Shown here: positions 36,301 through 48,259 of the stretch, in pieces
How the letters are laid out: each line of letters starts with the position of its first letter
How positions within the stretch are numbered: the first letter of the stretch is position 1
Origin: Euglena gracilis
Taxonomy: Eukaryota
Assembly: GCA_039621445.1 (NCBI GenBank)
Contig: CP154954.1
Coordinates: 43,150,632 to 43,214,631, forward strand
Direction: 5' to 3'
DNA: 64,000 nt
Translations under genes and position numbers: made by a program
The notes under the pieces: model-generated
Database searches by the model: none
Seen by the model: the letters and a program-made list of their open reading frames with translations, nothing else
What the model was told of the DNA's origin: nothing

Positions 36301-38889
36301 CGCGCCTTCATCGCCCCAGAGGATGAACCTCTGGCGCGAAGGAGACGTGAGGCGTCAGTCGCTTCCACCACTGCGATTCCGCGGCGGGAGGAACGCGACC
36401 GCAGCCCCTCCGTCACCATACTGGAGGCAGCGCCGCCGTCTCCGACAGGAACGGCTGTATCATTCGTCTCTGCCCCGCGAGCGGCAGGGGAACGATCGGT
36501 TTCCCCGGCCCCCGCGACGGCTCACGTCTGTCCACCGGTAGGTGGAGACCAGGAACTTCCTGAGGAGGAAGGTGAGAACGTGGAGGATATCCTCTACGCT
36601 GCTCTGCATGCTCCGGCACAGCCTAGGCCAGACACAGCACCCGCAGGGGATATACCTGTGGATGCTACGCCTGTTCCAACGGCTGAGCCTCCAGCCGAGG
36701 TGACTGGTATGGTCGTCGAGGATATCCTCGAAGAACCTGCCACTCCCACAGCACGCACCTCGTTAGGAGGCCGTGTGCTCGGCGCCGTGGTCACTGGCAT
36801 TACTGCCGTGGCTGCTGCACTAACGCCACGAGGTGGAGGCGTAGCGTCAAGCTCCGCCGCTGAGGTCGTGGAGACACCAGATGTCGGTGTCCCCACACCC
36901 CCGTCTCCGGCAGCAGTGCAACCACCATCAGGGGATGAACCCCAGCCAACAGAGACATCTGTCGCACCGGCTACACCGGAGGATCAACCTCCCGTAGCAC
37001 CTGCGTCAGCGGTTGTGGAGGATCAACTTCCTAGACCGGATGTCGAAATGGAAATGGAGGAGATACCCCCACGACCACCGACACCGCGCAGGGTCCCTGC
37101 CGTCCCGAGGACAATGGCAGAGTTTCTGGGAGTGCCAGCGCCTGTGGAAGCACCGATTCCGGTGACGACCACAGTGCCACGCCTCGTCGGACAGGATGAA
37201 CCTGCTCGGCGACGGCCTGCTGAACAACCCCAGGAACGAGTGCCGACCCCTCGGAGCGTCATGCGCGACCCAGCGGTCAGTATGCCCGCTTCGCCCAGAC
37301 GGCAAACGTCTTCTCCGGCACCATCGGCTCCTGATACCAGGAGTAAGCCGCAGGCGTCGTCTCTTGATTCCGGGAGTGCGAAGCCGAAAGGAGGCAAACC
37401 GGGTGCTGCACCCTGTAAGCCCCCTTCCAAAGGCGGTGATGGGAAACCACCACCGAAAGGTGGCGCTGGAGGTCAGACTGGCGGACAGCCGAAAGGCCCT
37501 ACGACAATGCACGACTATTCGGCCGTTGCATCGTCCGGGTACGGCCAGAGCAAACCGAAAGGTAAGGCTCGTGGTCGACAGGCCCAATCTTCCGCCGGAT
37601 CGACGGATGAGGAGCAGGATGAACCTGCTTCACCTCCTGTGTCTGCGGATGCCCAGCTCTGGACCCAGGATATCCTGACCAGACTAGGCACCGTGGAAGA
37701 GAGGACGAAGAAACTGGCAGCTATTAGGCACCAGACAGGGTCACTGAATCGATGGATTCAGCCCCTCTTCGTCCGAGGAGAACCTTTCCACTATGCCCCG
37801 GAACATACCTGGACATTCTGGAACAGGCGCTCACCCAGAGTACTGGCACAGTACTTTGGCGAGGACTGCGTGTTGTATTTCCAGCACGGCACGTCCTTTG
37901 CCTGGACGTGCACCGTATGCCACCATGTGCGGCATAACCAACCGCTTGTGCATGTGTGCAAGCGGCAGGTGCAATCCTCGTGGTTCCATCACAGGGCATA
38001 TGTGCCGAACTGTGTGGCGCTCGTATGTGGCGAGTGCCTGAACGCCTGGAAGCACAGCTTGAACTACTCCTACAGTGAGAATGCTCACGACAGGGATATC
38101 CCAGCCTTGTGCATCAACTGTATAGGAGGCACGTTCGTGCAGACTGCTGATGGAGCAGTCACCACCATTGTCCCCCAGCACTGGGAGACACTGGAGAAGT
38201 GGAAGAAGGAGTACAAGCAGGTGGAAGGACGCCTGAAGCACTCCGACTTCAAAAAGGTAGAAAGCTACCGCCACACGGGAATGGCCCGTGAGTTCCAGAT
38301 GGACGCTGGGGCAATGCGCCTCGCCGTTGAGGAACATGCCAAGGTAAGAATGCCTTACCTCTGGACTGATTGCGACTGGGAGACACAGGTTTACCCCCTG
38401 TTCTCCAAGCGTCAACATGGCGGATACGCCTTACCACTGTGGCCTCCTGAAGAACACGATTTGGTGGACTTCAGAGGTTGGTTGGCGGCTGTATTACGGC
38501 CCCATACCGCAAGAGCTCGGACAGCGAGGTGGATGTATGACATCAACTTCAAGCAGACCCCGGGGATGCCCCCGCAGGTGCCTGCGAATCACCCCCGGAT
38601 GAATTACATCATCTGGCCGGTGATGCTGCCCAGAATTTTCTGGGAGCAGCTCCGACGGTATCTTCAGCATCATGCTGAACGTACCAGGGAGAAGCTGCCG
38701 GATAATTGGATCAAGGACTGGGAGACCCCTTCCTTTGATGTCAACGATCCGGAGCTCAACACCATCCGGAGTGAATCAGCTCCGCCGCGTTCCCCACGCC
38801 AACTGGAGTTGGTTGAGGACCCATTAGGGGACCCCCAACACGACTACTGGCGTGAGGTCCGCGAACGTCCTGCCGATAAAGGCAGGTAA
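33373..38889 (+). CDS. ORF3, intact 1838-aa accessory protein: Pro/Ala-rich segments, central aromatic domain with CxxC, C-terminal multi-Cys zinc-finger-like domain
   Basis: 5.5-kb open frame with CCKYC and CTVC..HVC..NC..CGEC..CINC. No evident signal peptide or TM helix. Confidence 0.85.
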   Translation: MLPGRGPGPGPPWPQPSGAPYPQYPQYAEAPIPGAPHAERVSAPVFAAATSSRSAYAVPDPSAVQQPAPQPPAQRRSRLPPYAGEMIFRTTETLERAMRMCAHPPTEPFMQALWDAYCAQLLVVANTPVAQWCPCGQALMTGRRYFSSAADSGFEPGETMMDLGVYVPPMLQTQTPVGSHTVHMREHTPPPVGEAVHVPPGMTRIFARPPSPQRMPPREPPAEQFVSRYATHADYPRGARVLPAGQSDVPSEAYVQHMFMHWMPQASPVAPVPGVEPRRQAEPIVVEDEPPHREAARPPSAAPVQTGDVPRRQEAPYYHMAPPGTEQDELARHFLQEPVFASEEHRTRYYASLAALQGRGYTPYHPYHPQLRVATPVLPGEPPAGAAGLPATLKRDRVTENLTPQPRRPSPRDAEGGAAMQVEASPDTPAGQPPAVAQAAMSRPVAAMPPPIPPVWKEPRPPTPKPSPRQAPSQRPATPSRRRAAERQGPSPEMEWEGTEPTPAAPSARPSGIRQTGKDKGKAEGKGKGEGKGVAGKGKGEGKDKGTAREEEEEPAQVLSDFEQMLRFKEELEDEGWRMQHDYHVAGNRPVTPPEAVIEVVLHHTENRVRQFHYGIDLYAFEGEGGRPLLDAQPGFWELWFWLGYPCQNWGLFSDSTGRSYLHQLGFRDQHALARRLKAIFNCIHTVGPLGVQWEFYPLHPDIERLIEVLWCNNLQVWLVSHYGSTFRVRRVSLAYPQRYDLCCKYCRQEFPVDFWGFGVRGSPPPPRDIPGLEMGRRMLMHVCRDAPDVQGKSRRVHKQRIFMLQQFWWRAWTTYVMEVYIHLRDPQDDRPGMESLPPDYGDAIEGPRRRILGHLRPNWHLADIRLEEHLRRQFGGTLDQEVFLPLRSHPKAFLDQRMPILACVQEFEEGFFEVWEDTRYRGFLGPNRPANAWVQPSWPPPWPNSASSSTLAFYRLADAQGCRWHPDDPRSPEDLRAFIAPEDEPLARRRREASVASTTAIPRREERDRSPSVTILEAAPPSPTGTAVSFVSAPRAAGERSVSPAPATAHVCPPVGGDQELPEEEGENVEDILYAALHAPAQPRPDTAPAGDIPVDATPVPTAEPPAEVTGMVVEDILEEPATPTARTSLGGRVLGAVVTGITAVAAALTPRGGGVASSSAAEVVETPDVGVPTPPSPAAVQPPSGDEPQPTETSVAPATPEDQPPVAPASAVVEDQLPRPDVEMEMEEIPPRPPTPRRVPAVPRTMAEFLGVPAPVEAPIPVTTTVPRLVGQDEPARRRPAEQPQERVPTPRSVMRDPAVSMPASPRRQTSSPAPSAPDTRSKPQASSLDSGSAKPKGGKPGAAPCKPPSKGGDGKPPPKGGAGGQTGGQPKGPTTMHDYSAVASSGYGQSKPKGKARGRQAQSSAGSTDEEQDEPASPPVSADAQLWTQDILTRLGTVEERTKKLAAIRHQTGSLNRWIQPLFVRGEPFHYAPEHTWTFWNRRSPRVLAQYFGEDCVLYFQHGTSFAWTCTVCHHVRHNQPLVHVCKRQVQSSWFHHRAYVPNCVALVCGECLNAWKHSLNYSYSENAHDRDIPALCINCIGGTFVQTADGAVTTIVPQHWETLEKWKKEYKQVEGRLKHSDFKKVESYRHTGMAREFQMDAGAMRLAVEEHAKVRMPYLWTDCDWETQVYPLFSKRQHGGYALPLWPPEEHDLVDFRGWLAAVLRPHTARARTARWMYDINFKQTPGMPPQVPANHPRMNYIIWPVMLPRIFWEQLRRYLQHHAERTREKLPDNWIKDWETPSFDVNDPELNTIRSESAPPRSPRQLELVEDPLGDPQHDYWREVRERPADKGR

Positions 38890-39320
38890 GGTGTCTGTCA
38901 GCGCCAATGCGGCGTCTTTCAGCACCCTCGTCAGGTATTCGCCTGACATCCTGTTTGGGTATTCGCCCGAACAGCCCCTTTGAAGTCCTTTGCGGTATTC
39001 GCCGCTAGTAAGTTCCCACCGGGATGCTGCCATGTGCAGGATTCCGTGCGCATGCATGCACACCCCTCTCCCCTCTCGCGGGCGTGCGACACGCAGCGCA
39101 CAGGGCCGACGGCCTCTTTTCCTTTCCCTTTCTTTTCTTTTCGGCCGTTTGAGGCCTTAAGGCTGCCAGACAGCACCATTTTTCTGGCCTAAGCCAACCC
39201 CCCACTCCTCTCTACTTTCCCCCCGGGGCAAATGCTGTCGCCGGCAGTTGGTTTTGTAGAGTAGGATTTCCTTTTGCGTGGTCAGGTTTGACTGGCCATG
39301 CGCCCTGCCCAGGTTTGACT

Positions 39321-41392
39321 TGATGTACGGTCGCGCATTGCGATCCGCAACCAAGTGTATGGGTGCGCGAAATTGGGATTAGTGTTGGTGTTTGGACTAA
39401 ACATCCACAATCGAAATCTGGCTGGGCGGAAATTCTCCTACAGTGCACACATTGGAAGGAAGTGTCGGAGTAGTGGTCCTGGTCGCGCATGTTGGTCTGG
39501 TGGGGGTGTGTGTAAAAGTTGGGATGCGCTTTTGTAGCTGCTGGGGGGTGTACAGATGTATCTGAAAGCGATACATCTGGTGGAAAACGGGGTATTAGTG
39601 CAGCTGGACGACTACTCGACACCGTAATTACTTCAGGTCTTTGGGCTTTCGTCTTGTAACCCAGTGGAACGAGGGGGGTACCGCTACTCGCTTGCCCTGC
39701 CTCATGGGGAACGGAAGTTGGTGTGTCAATGGGCAGGGGGTGAACTTTCTCGGTACACCCGGTGTGGAAAACGTTGGTTGGTGTGGTTGGTAACGGGGTA
39801 AAAGTTTTCGAAAACGGTGTGGAAAAATTGGTGGCTATCGCGGTTGACGCCACAGGTGATGAGGGTTTGGGGGGCAATGAGGAGAATGGTGATGTGCGCA
39901 AACCGTGGGAGTGGCAATCCACTACCAGCCGGTGCTGACGTAAAAAGGGATATCCCAGAATTACGTCAGAACCATGGATTCCGGATTCAAATCCCCAGGT
40001 ATCCGGAAAATTTTGCGGTTGGGGGGGGTGTGAGTGGTGCTTGGGGATGAGGGGTAGGACAATGTCCAAAAAGCATCCCAAGTCACCACCGCACATAGGG
40101 GTGTTGTCAGCCGTCGTAATTTTGATCGGCTTCTTGGTTTTCACCAAGAGGGGGGTTGGTATCAACCCGAACCGAAAAAGTAGTGCAATGCGACAACCAG
40201 TGTCAATGAGAACTTTGACTTTTGTACAAAAATTTTGCATTTTGATTTCCGCTTGGACCAAAAGTTCCATGGGTGGTAGGCAAAGTGAAGGGTCTGGCGA
40301 AAATACGTTTTCTTGCCAGCTTTCCCATGAACCCTTTCCTACTTTGCACAACATTCCGAGCGGAAAGTTGGAGTGGGGGGTGGGGGACCCGAAAATTTTC
40401 CGGGTACCGACCAGGAAGGCAGATGGGCAGGGGGGGCAGGGTTGATCAGGTCCTACCTCCATCTGTTCATCAGCCCAGAGGTCCGTGCCCTCGGACCTCG
40501 GGCTCCCCTACTCCAGGTCCGAACCGGCCGAATAGCCGGCTATGGGCCTTTTAGAGGTGTAAACGGATTTCAACGTGCGCACCGCCATGCGGGCCTCGTC
40601 GAAATCGGTATCCGTGGTCTCATCCCCCTCCCTGCCCGAAGCCGGGGTGTCATCCTCCAAACAAGATATCTTGAAACCGACTTTATGGCGGTTGGAGGAG
40701 TGACCCTTGTCACCGCGATTCATACCGCGATGACGTTGGCCAGGGCGGGGAGAACGAGAACGCGGACATTTGGATGAGTGGTGATCACTCGATCCACAAA
40801 GCGAACACCGAGATTTGTGTCGCGAATCTGGATAAGGGGGGGATCGGTTTCCCGATTTCCCGTCAAACCGTCGTGGTGACCGGGTATCCCGTCGACCATG
40901 ACCGGTGTATCGGGGTTTTCCCGATGAGGATCGCGAAGAGGATGATCCGCTTCGCGAACGCGATCGCGATGCCTCGCGATGAGAATCACGCTTCTTGGCC
41001 GGGGCACCGGGTGACCTACCCCGAGGGGTACCGTGTTTCCGCTCATCGCGGAACGGGATCCGGGGGCTAATACCACCGGAACGGGGACCCGACGACCTTG
41101 AATTGCCCGATTGGCGTGAAAACGCGGAGGAACCCGAACCACGTGATGACGTCGAGCCTCGCGGACTCTGAATACGCTTACGCGCTTCAGGATTAGGACA
41201 TTCCCGAGACATATGTCCGGATTTGTTGCACAAAAAGCACACTTTATCCGTGGCTTGGTCCGAAGAACGCGGGTATCGCGTTTTCGATCCCGTGGTGGGT
41301 GAAGCGGGTGAAACCGGTGATTTTTGCAATGCGTTCACCGAACCAGCCGGTAATCCAGCGGTTGGGTGTGCGGTATACGCGGATTGAATCTG
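39321..41392 (-). mobile_element. Inverted internal fragment (copy 3): gag 3' end, UAG, protease, linker
   Basis: ORFs 40508-41545(-) and 39212-40462(-) are near-identical to copies 1 and 2. Here PR reads in frame into the downstream pol linker. Confidence 0.92.
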
Positions 41393-44300
41393 TGTGTACC
41401 AGGCACGCCCCAGCTCTGTAGGATATGTGCAGAGTGGGTTCTGTGACGGTCGCACCACTGTGGAAACCCACAGCTGGTAAGATCGTGGCAGACCCTTCTG
41501 GGATCTGCCCCTGGACACGTCAGCACTTTTCTCTCCTTCCCCCACAGGTGGTATTCTTTACTGTCATCACTTCCAAGTTTCACCATTGGTTTTGTCAGAG
41601 GGAAAAACCCTCAGAACAATCGACTTTGATCTCAGAAGAAACTTCTGAATCTTTGCTTTGTGCTTTGCTTCTTGGGGAATTGGGAAGAAAAGGGGAAAAC
41701 CACTTTTCGTTACTCCAAAGACTTTTCTCTACCATAAGTAGGCTGCGCACCAAGGCGAATGCGAAAGGCTTTTACAGAAAGTTCCAAAAAGGGGAAAAGG
41801 GAAAGCTTTGGACGTACACTTGGTAGCAGATTTAGGCAACGATCCTATACAGACGTTCCACACAGAGAATCTCTGTGGTTGACTGGTGGTGAGGATCGTA
41901 CTGAGCCGTGAAACACGGTGAAAGTACTGTTCCTGGCCCCTAGCCAACCTTTAAGCAAGGATACAGGTCTCAGAAGGCTCTGTTCGGTAATGGCCGCTAC
42001 AACCTTTCTGGTCCCTGTTTCTCTGCTTATTTGTGTGGATTTTTGGGTTTTTGCCTTTTTACCCATCTCAAAAGATGCAGAGCACAAGCCCCAACCCCAA
42101 ATTTGATTATGACTTGTTGTTGAGTTCATTGAGCAATTGTGAGGAAGATTGCGGGGATTGGAACGGTTTGAATGAAACAAGTTCCAATTCCCGACCCCCC
42201 AAGCAAGAAGAAGGCAATTTGACTCATTTGTTATTGTCAAAAGGCGAAACGCCTTTATTGTTGCATGGGGGTAATGAACCCTCTTCATCATCATTGTCAT
42301 TGATTGTGCGGGATGTAGGTGGCAAAATGCCTTCCTCCATCCCGGCTCACCCATCATTGATGCGGCGAGGGGATGAACCCCTTGCACCCTCACACTTGGT
42401 TACTCATGTTACCCATGAACAAAGTGAGGGGTATTTACCCTTTGCTCTGTTCACACCCAAAAGATCCCCGGTGGAAGCACCGGTGGGCCTTCTGGAGTGC
42501 AACTCGGTGGAAACACCGTGTTTTTTCCAACCCCCCCCCCCCTCAATTACCACCCCCCACACCATTTCACGCATTGCCAGGATTACCCGCGGAAGCTGCG
42601 GTTTTCCCTGCATTGCCATGGAACCCAGATATGCGTCTGGTGGTACCGGAAATCTCTGGTGCCGTTTCTATTGTGGAGGACTATGAGGAAGATTTGAGGG
42701 ATAACCTCACCCCCGGTGATGTTTTCCGAATTCTCGGTCAACTTCCAGCGGATCACCCGCTTAGTAAGCAAATTTTGCATGTCCACCAATGCGTTGCGGA
42801 ATGCGCAACCATGCTCAACAAAGTTTTGCAGTTCGATGAGGACAATCAAAGGGATGTCAACACCAAACTGGAATGTTGCTGGAATTATTTGCAGGAAATC
42901 GGCAAATATTGCCAACACAATTTTGAAAATGCGGGGAAAGACCTTCAGCATTTTCGAGAAAGTGTTGACAGTTTTTTGCGCATCCAACTTCCACAAAATT
43001 TCCAACAAATCAGCGAAATGCTGCATGAAGCGGAAACGCGGAATGATTCCAAGTTTCTGCATGTGCAGGATGGTATGAGCCATCTTTTTGCCCAATTGGA
43101 ATCCTGTTCAACCATGTTACTGCAATTGCAGCAGCAGTTACAAGCGCAAAATGCCACCCCCAAAATGCCGGAAATCGGTAACTTTGTCGCGGTTGAGCAT
43201 TTTGCCGCACTTACCACTTCTTTCCAAGAAGCGCAACAACGAATTTTGCATCTTGGCTCGGAAATCGAGCATTTGAAGCAATTTCAAGCGAAAGTGCAAG
43301 GAAATTTTGTTCCCCGTACGCAAATCCAGCTCTTGGAGGAACGAATTTTACACTTGGAACAAAAATCCTGTCATTGTGCCGCAAATCAGGATGGATTAAC
43401 CACCTTGAACGCGAAAATCGCGGATTGCGCACAACGGTTGGATTTTACGCAACAACAAATGCAAACGGACATTGGCGGTATTAATGCCACCGTTGTCGGT
43501 TTGCAGGAGCATGTTTCTGCACTTTCCAAGCGAATTCCCGACATTAGTGGTATTCAAGCCGCTATTGGGGAATTACAAACCCGTTGCACCTTGTTGTCCA
43601 CCACAGTGACGGAAATCCGCTCACTACCCCCCATTTCTCGTGCTCTGATATCTGAGTCACCGGAATTTCGCTCATTTTATGACAAAGTGCTTGGTGACAA
43701 CAAGGAAACCTTGCAAGCATTTTCTACAAGTTTGCTCCAAATTGAGGAAAGCGTGAATCGGAATGCCCGATCCATGCAAGATGAGGTCTCTCGGTTGGAC
43801 GGACGAATTTCTGCGTTGTTGGAAAAACCAACCGCGGAAAATTCGCGCACCACCGTGGAAACCCCCACCAAGTCACTCCACCAATTGCAAACCGTTTCAA
43901 ATGCGGTGAAAGCGCTTGCGGGTCAACTCCGGAATGTGGAGGAGTCCCAAGGAAATCTTGCCCAAGAATTACACTTGGTTTCTGAAAAGTTGCCACACTT
44001 GGAAGATTTTTCCCGTTACCGCAAACGCATTAGGCATTTGGAGACCGAGGTTGACCGTATTTGCGGCCAACTCCAGTTGGTGGAACATTTGGAAGAAACG
44101 GTGCATGACTTGTCCGCGAGTTTGGATAAAATGTCCCCTCCGGTACCGGTTGTGCCACCACCTACCGCGGTAAGCCTTGCGGCTGGTATTCCAAATGTCC
44201 CGGAATCGCGTTCTCAAATTACCTTTTCCGGAGTAGGAATCCCTACATCCACCGCGAATTTGGTACAACCACCCGCGAAAACGCGAATTGTACCACCTTT

Positions 44301-45850
44301 GCATTTGCCAACACCACAAACACACTCTTCGCACGACATTTCTGATGAGGAAATTGACCCCCCACTCGAAAATTCGAGTCTCCACCAAGAAATTCAACAT
44401 TCCAACCTTGTGCGAGGAATGAGCCAACACCCCACACCTGGTATTGGTCATGTGTCGCAATCGCGATCATACCAACAACCGACGGGTTCTGGAATGCCAG
44501 ACCACCCATCGGGTTTTCGGCGGGAAACCCGCCCCACTGAGAGGATTTCACCACATTTTTCGCAATTCCCGCAGGAAAATCCTGCCAACCTTACACTTGG
44601 TGCGGGAAATCCTGCACGGGTTACACATGGAGCGGAAAATCCGCGAAACGCGTTTGGTGTTAAGAATTACCCTGACCCAAACCCCTGGAATACCACCGAG
44701 GGTCAGCGGGTTACTCAGAGAGACTTCAAGGGCACCATCGCAACCACGAACAAGGTGAAGCCTCAATGGGACGGGGATCCAACCACATGGAGACAATTTT
44801 TTCGGGACTGAGAGTACTATTGGGCACTAAAGGGACCCACCCAAGACCCGAATCCCGAGGTAGTCAAGATGGAATTCATCGATTGCCTACCGAGGGAGGA
44901 GCGAGAACGCGCACGCAATTTGGTGATACGTAATGGCGTATCATTCGATGACCTGGTTGAGCAATACGCTTCAACCAATTCAAGTTTGGTCACCAGGATT
45001 ACCCTGGAAAAGAAGTGGCGACAATTCGCGCCATCGGATCGCAAATGGAAATCCATTGACCTTTGGTATGATAAATGGTTAGCGCTTGCTTCCGAAGTTG
45101 ATGAACTCAGCGAGAAGCAAATGCGCGAACAATTCGATGCGGTTTTGTTGCATTTCACACCATCCCTCGTGAAGGATATCCATCGCGAGGAGTTGGCAGG
45201 GCATGAGATGACTCTTGCCCAACGTTGGAATTATGTGTCAAAGCAACTCAAGCTCACACAAGTTTTGGGCCAAATACAGTCCGCTTTCCAAACGCATCCC
45301 ACCGCGGGAATCTCTGCGGGTGCGGTTAATGCGTTACACAAATCACCCATGTCACCAAGGTCACCCACCACGGGACCGAAAACGCGGAATCAGCGTTCTT
45401 CGGACCAGGGCACGGATAAACTGTGCTTTTTATGCAACAAATCCGGTCACATGTCTCGGGAATGCCCGAATCCCGATGCGTGAAAGCGCATTGGAAGCCC
45501 AAGGGGCTCGACCTCCTCACGGGGATCGGGTTCCTCGGCGTTTTCACGTCAATCGGGAGTTTCACGGTCTTCGGAGAACCGCTTTAGCGGTAGTAGGCCC
45601 AAGTCACCATCGCGTGATGGTCGGGAAACCCGTCCTTCTCGCGGTCGGTCACCTGGCCCTCCTGCACGAAAACGGGATTTCAATCGCGATTCTTCACGAT
45701 CTCGTTCGCGAAGTGGATCATCCTCTTCACGCGAGTCAACGGGGAAGTCCCGATACACCGGTCATGGTCGACGGGAAACCCGTTCACCAGGACGGTTTGA
45801 CGGAAAAACGGAATACCGTTCCCCCCGTTATGCGGAATCCCCCCCCCAAC
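41393..45850 (+). mobile_element. Sister-family Ty3/gypsy element, 3'-truncated (5' LTR 41393-41820, PBS 41821, degenerate gag ~42076-45850)
   Basis: Same TGTGTAC...GTACACT termini and TGGTAGCAGA PBS. Gag is clearly homologous but diverged (CFLCNKSGHMSREC), with stops and frameshifts. It interrupts copy 3. Confidence 0.88.
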
Positions 45851-46142
45851 ACCAGTCTCGATACATTTACCGAGAGCACACCCCCCCACCCACCCACCCA
45901 CAAACACACACACGCGCGCGCGCGCACGCACGCACACACAACACACACAACGCGTGCGTGCACACACGCATGCACACACATACACACTCGACATATAACG
46001 CGCACAGACACAAAGCGCCATGAGCGACTCGGGTTGGTGAGTATTGGGGGTGGGTGCACAGGGGGTAGGGAGGTTGTCTACCCGCCTCACCACTGCAGCC
46101 CCCCCCCCCCCGGCTCCACCCCAGGGCTCCACCCCACCCGGG

Positions 46143-47615
46143 ATGGATGACTTCCAGCAGCCGGAGGAGACCACCATCCAGCCCGAGGAGGTGAACGTCA
46201 TCGTGAAGGATGCGGTGGACTCTGTGGTGGGCGGCAACATGCAGTACGACCACTCCAAGGTGCACGTGTGCGCGGCACGGGGGGGGGGGAGCTGAGCAGG
46301 AACCTGCAAACCTTGTAGGTGAGTGGCACCACCCCCACCCCATCCTGGTGGGTGGGTTGGGGTCGATCACCCTCCACCAGGCTTTCCTGTGCACCTTTGG
46401 GCGGGCGTGAATTTTTGTTCCCGTTCCTTCCTGGCAAGCTCCTTACACTTTTCATTTTTACCCATACAATATGGTATGCTTTGCTGGAAGGTGTGCAGCA
46501 AGAAGCTCGCAGGACCCTTTAGATGACAGGAACACAGCGAAATAACACCAAAAAGTTCGGGGCATCACCATACCCAGCTGACTGATTGTTTTTGTTTTCT
46601 TCGCCCCACACCTCTTTCTCCCCGGTAAAGTGGTAGTGGTAGTTCGTGCAAAATGAAGGTGAGGTTTTTGGGGGTATCAGGATTGGGTAGAATTTTCATC
46701 TTCAGTAACCCCGTCGCCAAGCGCCGAAATTTCCCGGCTTTTTTCCCCTGTGCGGTTCGTCATTACCAAAGTGACCCTGAATACCCCAAAGGGAGGTAAC
46801 AAAAGTGAGTAAACCCCTCCAAATAACCTGGCGGGGCCATTGCTCCTGGCAGTGGCCGAATAACTTTGCGGGGGGGGGTGGGGCAAAAAGATGGTTCCAG
46901 TATCTTGGCATACCCTTTTTAGGCAAAATTCCTTTGCGACAATGAAAAAAAAACTGTCCAAATAACCTGGCGGGGGGGGGGGCAGGGCCAAAAGTTGGTT
47001 CCAATAACCTGGCACCCCGCCAGGTTATTTGGGGGGGGGGGGGTAACTGGCTTTTGAATAGTCACTGTGTGGGGTTTCGAAAGAAGACAGCAACCCCACG
47101 GTTGCCTGGCATGGGGCTCGAAAACGTCATGAAAGGAAAATTTTGCCCGGTCCCATTCTGCACCCCTCCCACGAGAGCGGGGTACCATGGACCTGCCCGA
47201 CAGCGGAAGGAGAGGCGCCTCCATTTTGCCGCCTTAGGTCAGCCACTGGATCAACACCATCGTGGAGACGTGCCTGAAGAAGCTCACCGCCCTCAACAAA
47301 CCCTTCAAGTTCGTCATCACCTGCATGATCATGCGGAAGACCGGTGCGTTGATGGACCTCTCTGGCGGTCCCCATGCGCCTTCCTCCTCCCCCCTGTGCC
47401 GTAACCCAATATCCACCCCTACCCCCCCCTCAAAAGCCACCCCCCACCGTCCAACAGCCACAAGTTCGCGGTGGGGACCCCTCCTCACAGGCGCGGGGCT
47501 GCATTTGGCCTCCTCCTGCCTCTGGGACATCACGTGCGACAACCTGTACATGCACAAGGAGGAGAGCAACAAGTACCTGTACTGCATCACCACCGTGTAC
47601 TGGACCGCGCTGTAG
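46143..47615 (+). CDS. DYNLT1: Dynein light chain Tctex-type; exons 46143-46259, 47238-47343, 47491-47615
   Basis: GT-AG splicing gives MDDFQQPEE...YDHSK/VSHWINTIVETCLKKLTALNKPFKFVITCMIMRKTG/AGLHLASSCLWD...YCITTVYWTAL*, a typical Tctex-1 sequence. Confidence 0.9.
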
Positions 47616-47685
47616 GTGTGCCCCAGGAGGGCGAGGGCAGGGGGGGGGGATGCAAACCATGAGGACCCCCAGGAGGTCCAGCTTC

Positions 47686-47718
<33 letters not shown>

Positions 47719-47957
47719 ACGCTTGGCTTCCAGCGTGGCTGCCAACCCTCCGCCGGGCGTCTTTAATTTGAAATAGTTGATAATTGCGTCAAAAAGGATA
47801 GTTCCTGGTGTGGAGCGCAAGAAGGTTTTAAGAAAAAGAATGGTCACAATGGCGCTTTTAGGAGTTCTCATGGTGCAAAAAAAAGAATGCGACTGGGGGA
47901 AAAGATGCTGCTCTTCCCACCCCAAACTGATTATTTAACACAAACATGATTTGGACC

Positions 47958-48259
47958 CAGGCTTGTGCTTAGTCGGGTGCCTATCCCCGGAGGGGGGGGG
48001 GGGGTGCTAGGGGCAGGCACCCCATAGCACCCGATCTGACCCCCCCCGGGGGGGGTAGGGTTTTGGGGGCTGCCTGCCCATAGTAGGCACCCCCCTCCGA
48101 CCCCGGCGCCGAAGGCGCCGGGGGTCCGGAAAAGGCCATTTTCAATGAAGAATTTCTGGGTCCCCCCCAGTCCCCCCCCCAGGGGGGTGTGCCTGCTAGG
48201 GGCATGCACCATATAGCACCCACCCACCTCCTCCCCCCCAGTCGGTAAGCACAAGCATG
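47958..48259. mobile_element. hAT-like MITE (intergenic)
   Basis: TIRs CAGGCTTGTGCTTA / TAAGCACAAGCATG; 8-bp flanks TTTGGACC / CTTGGACC. Confidence 0.75.

Larger units (their letters stand above)
23477..39320 (+). mobile_element. Ty3/gypsy chromovirus copy 2, 3'-truncated in the UTR (no 3' LTR)
   Basis: LTR 23477-23785, doubled PBS, gag, pol and intact ORF3. Homology to copy 1 stops at caggtttgact (39320). Confidence 0.93.

Noticed and set aside
33373-38889. ORF3 as a retroviral-like env
   Set aside because: It is in the env position but has no signal peptide, furin/fusion-peptide layout or C-terminal TM anchor.
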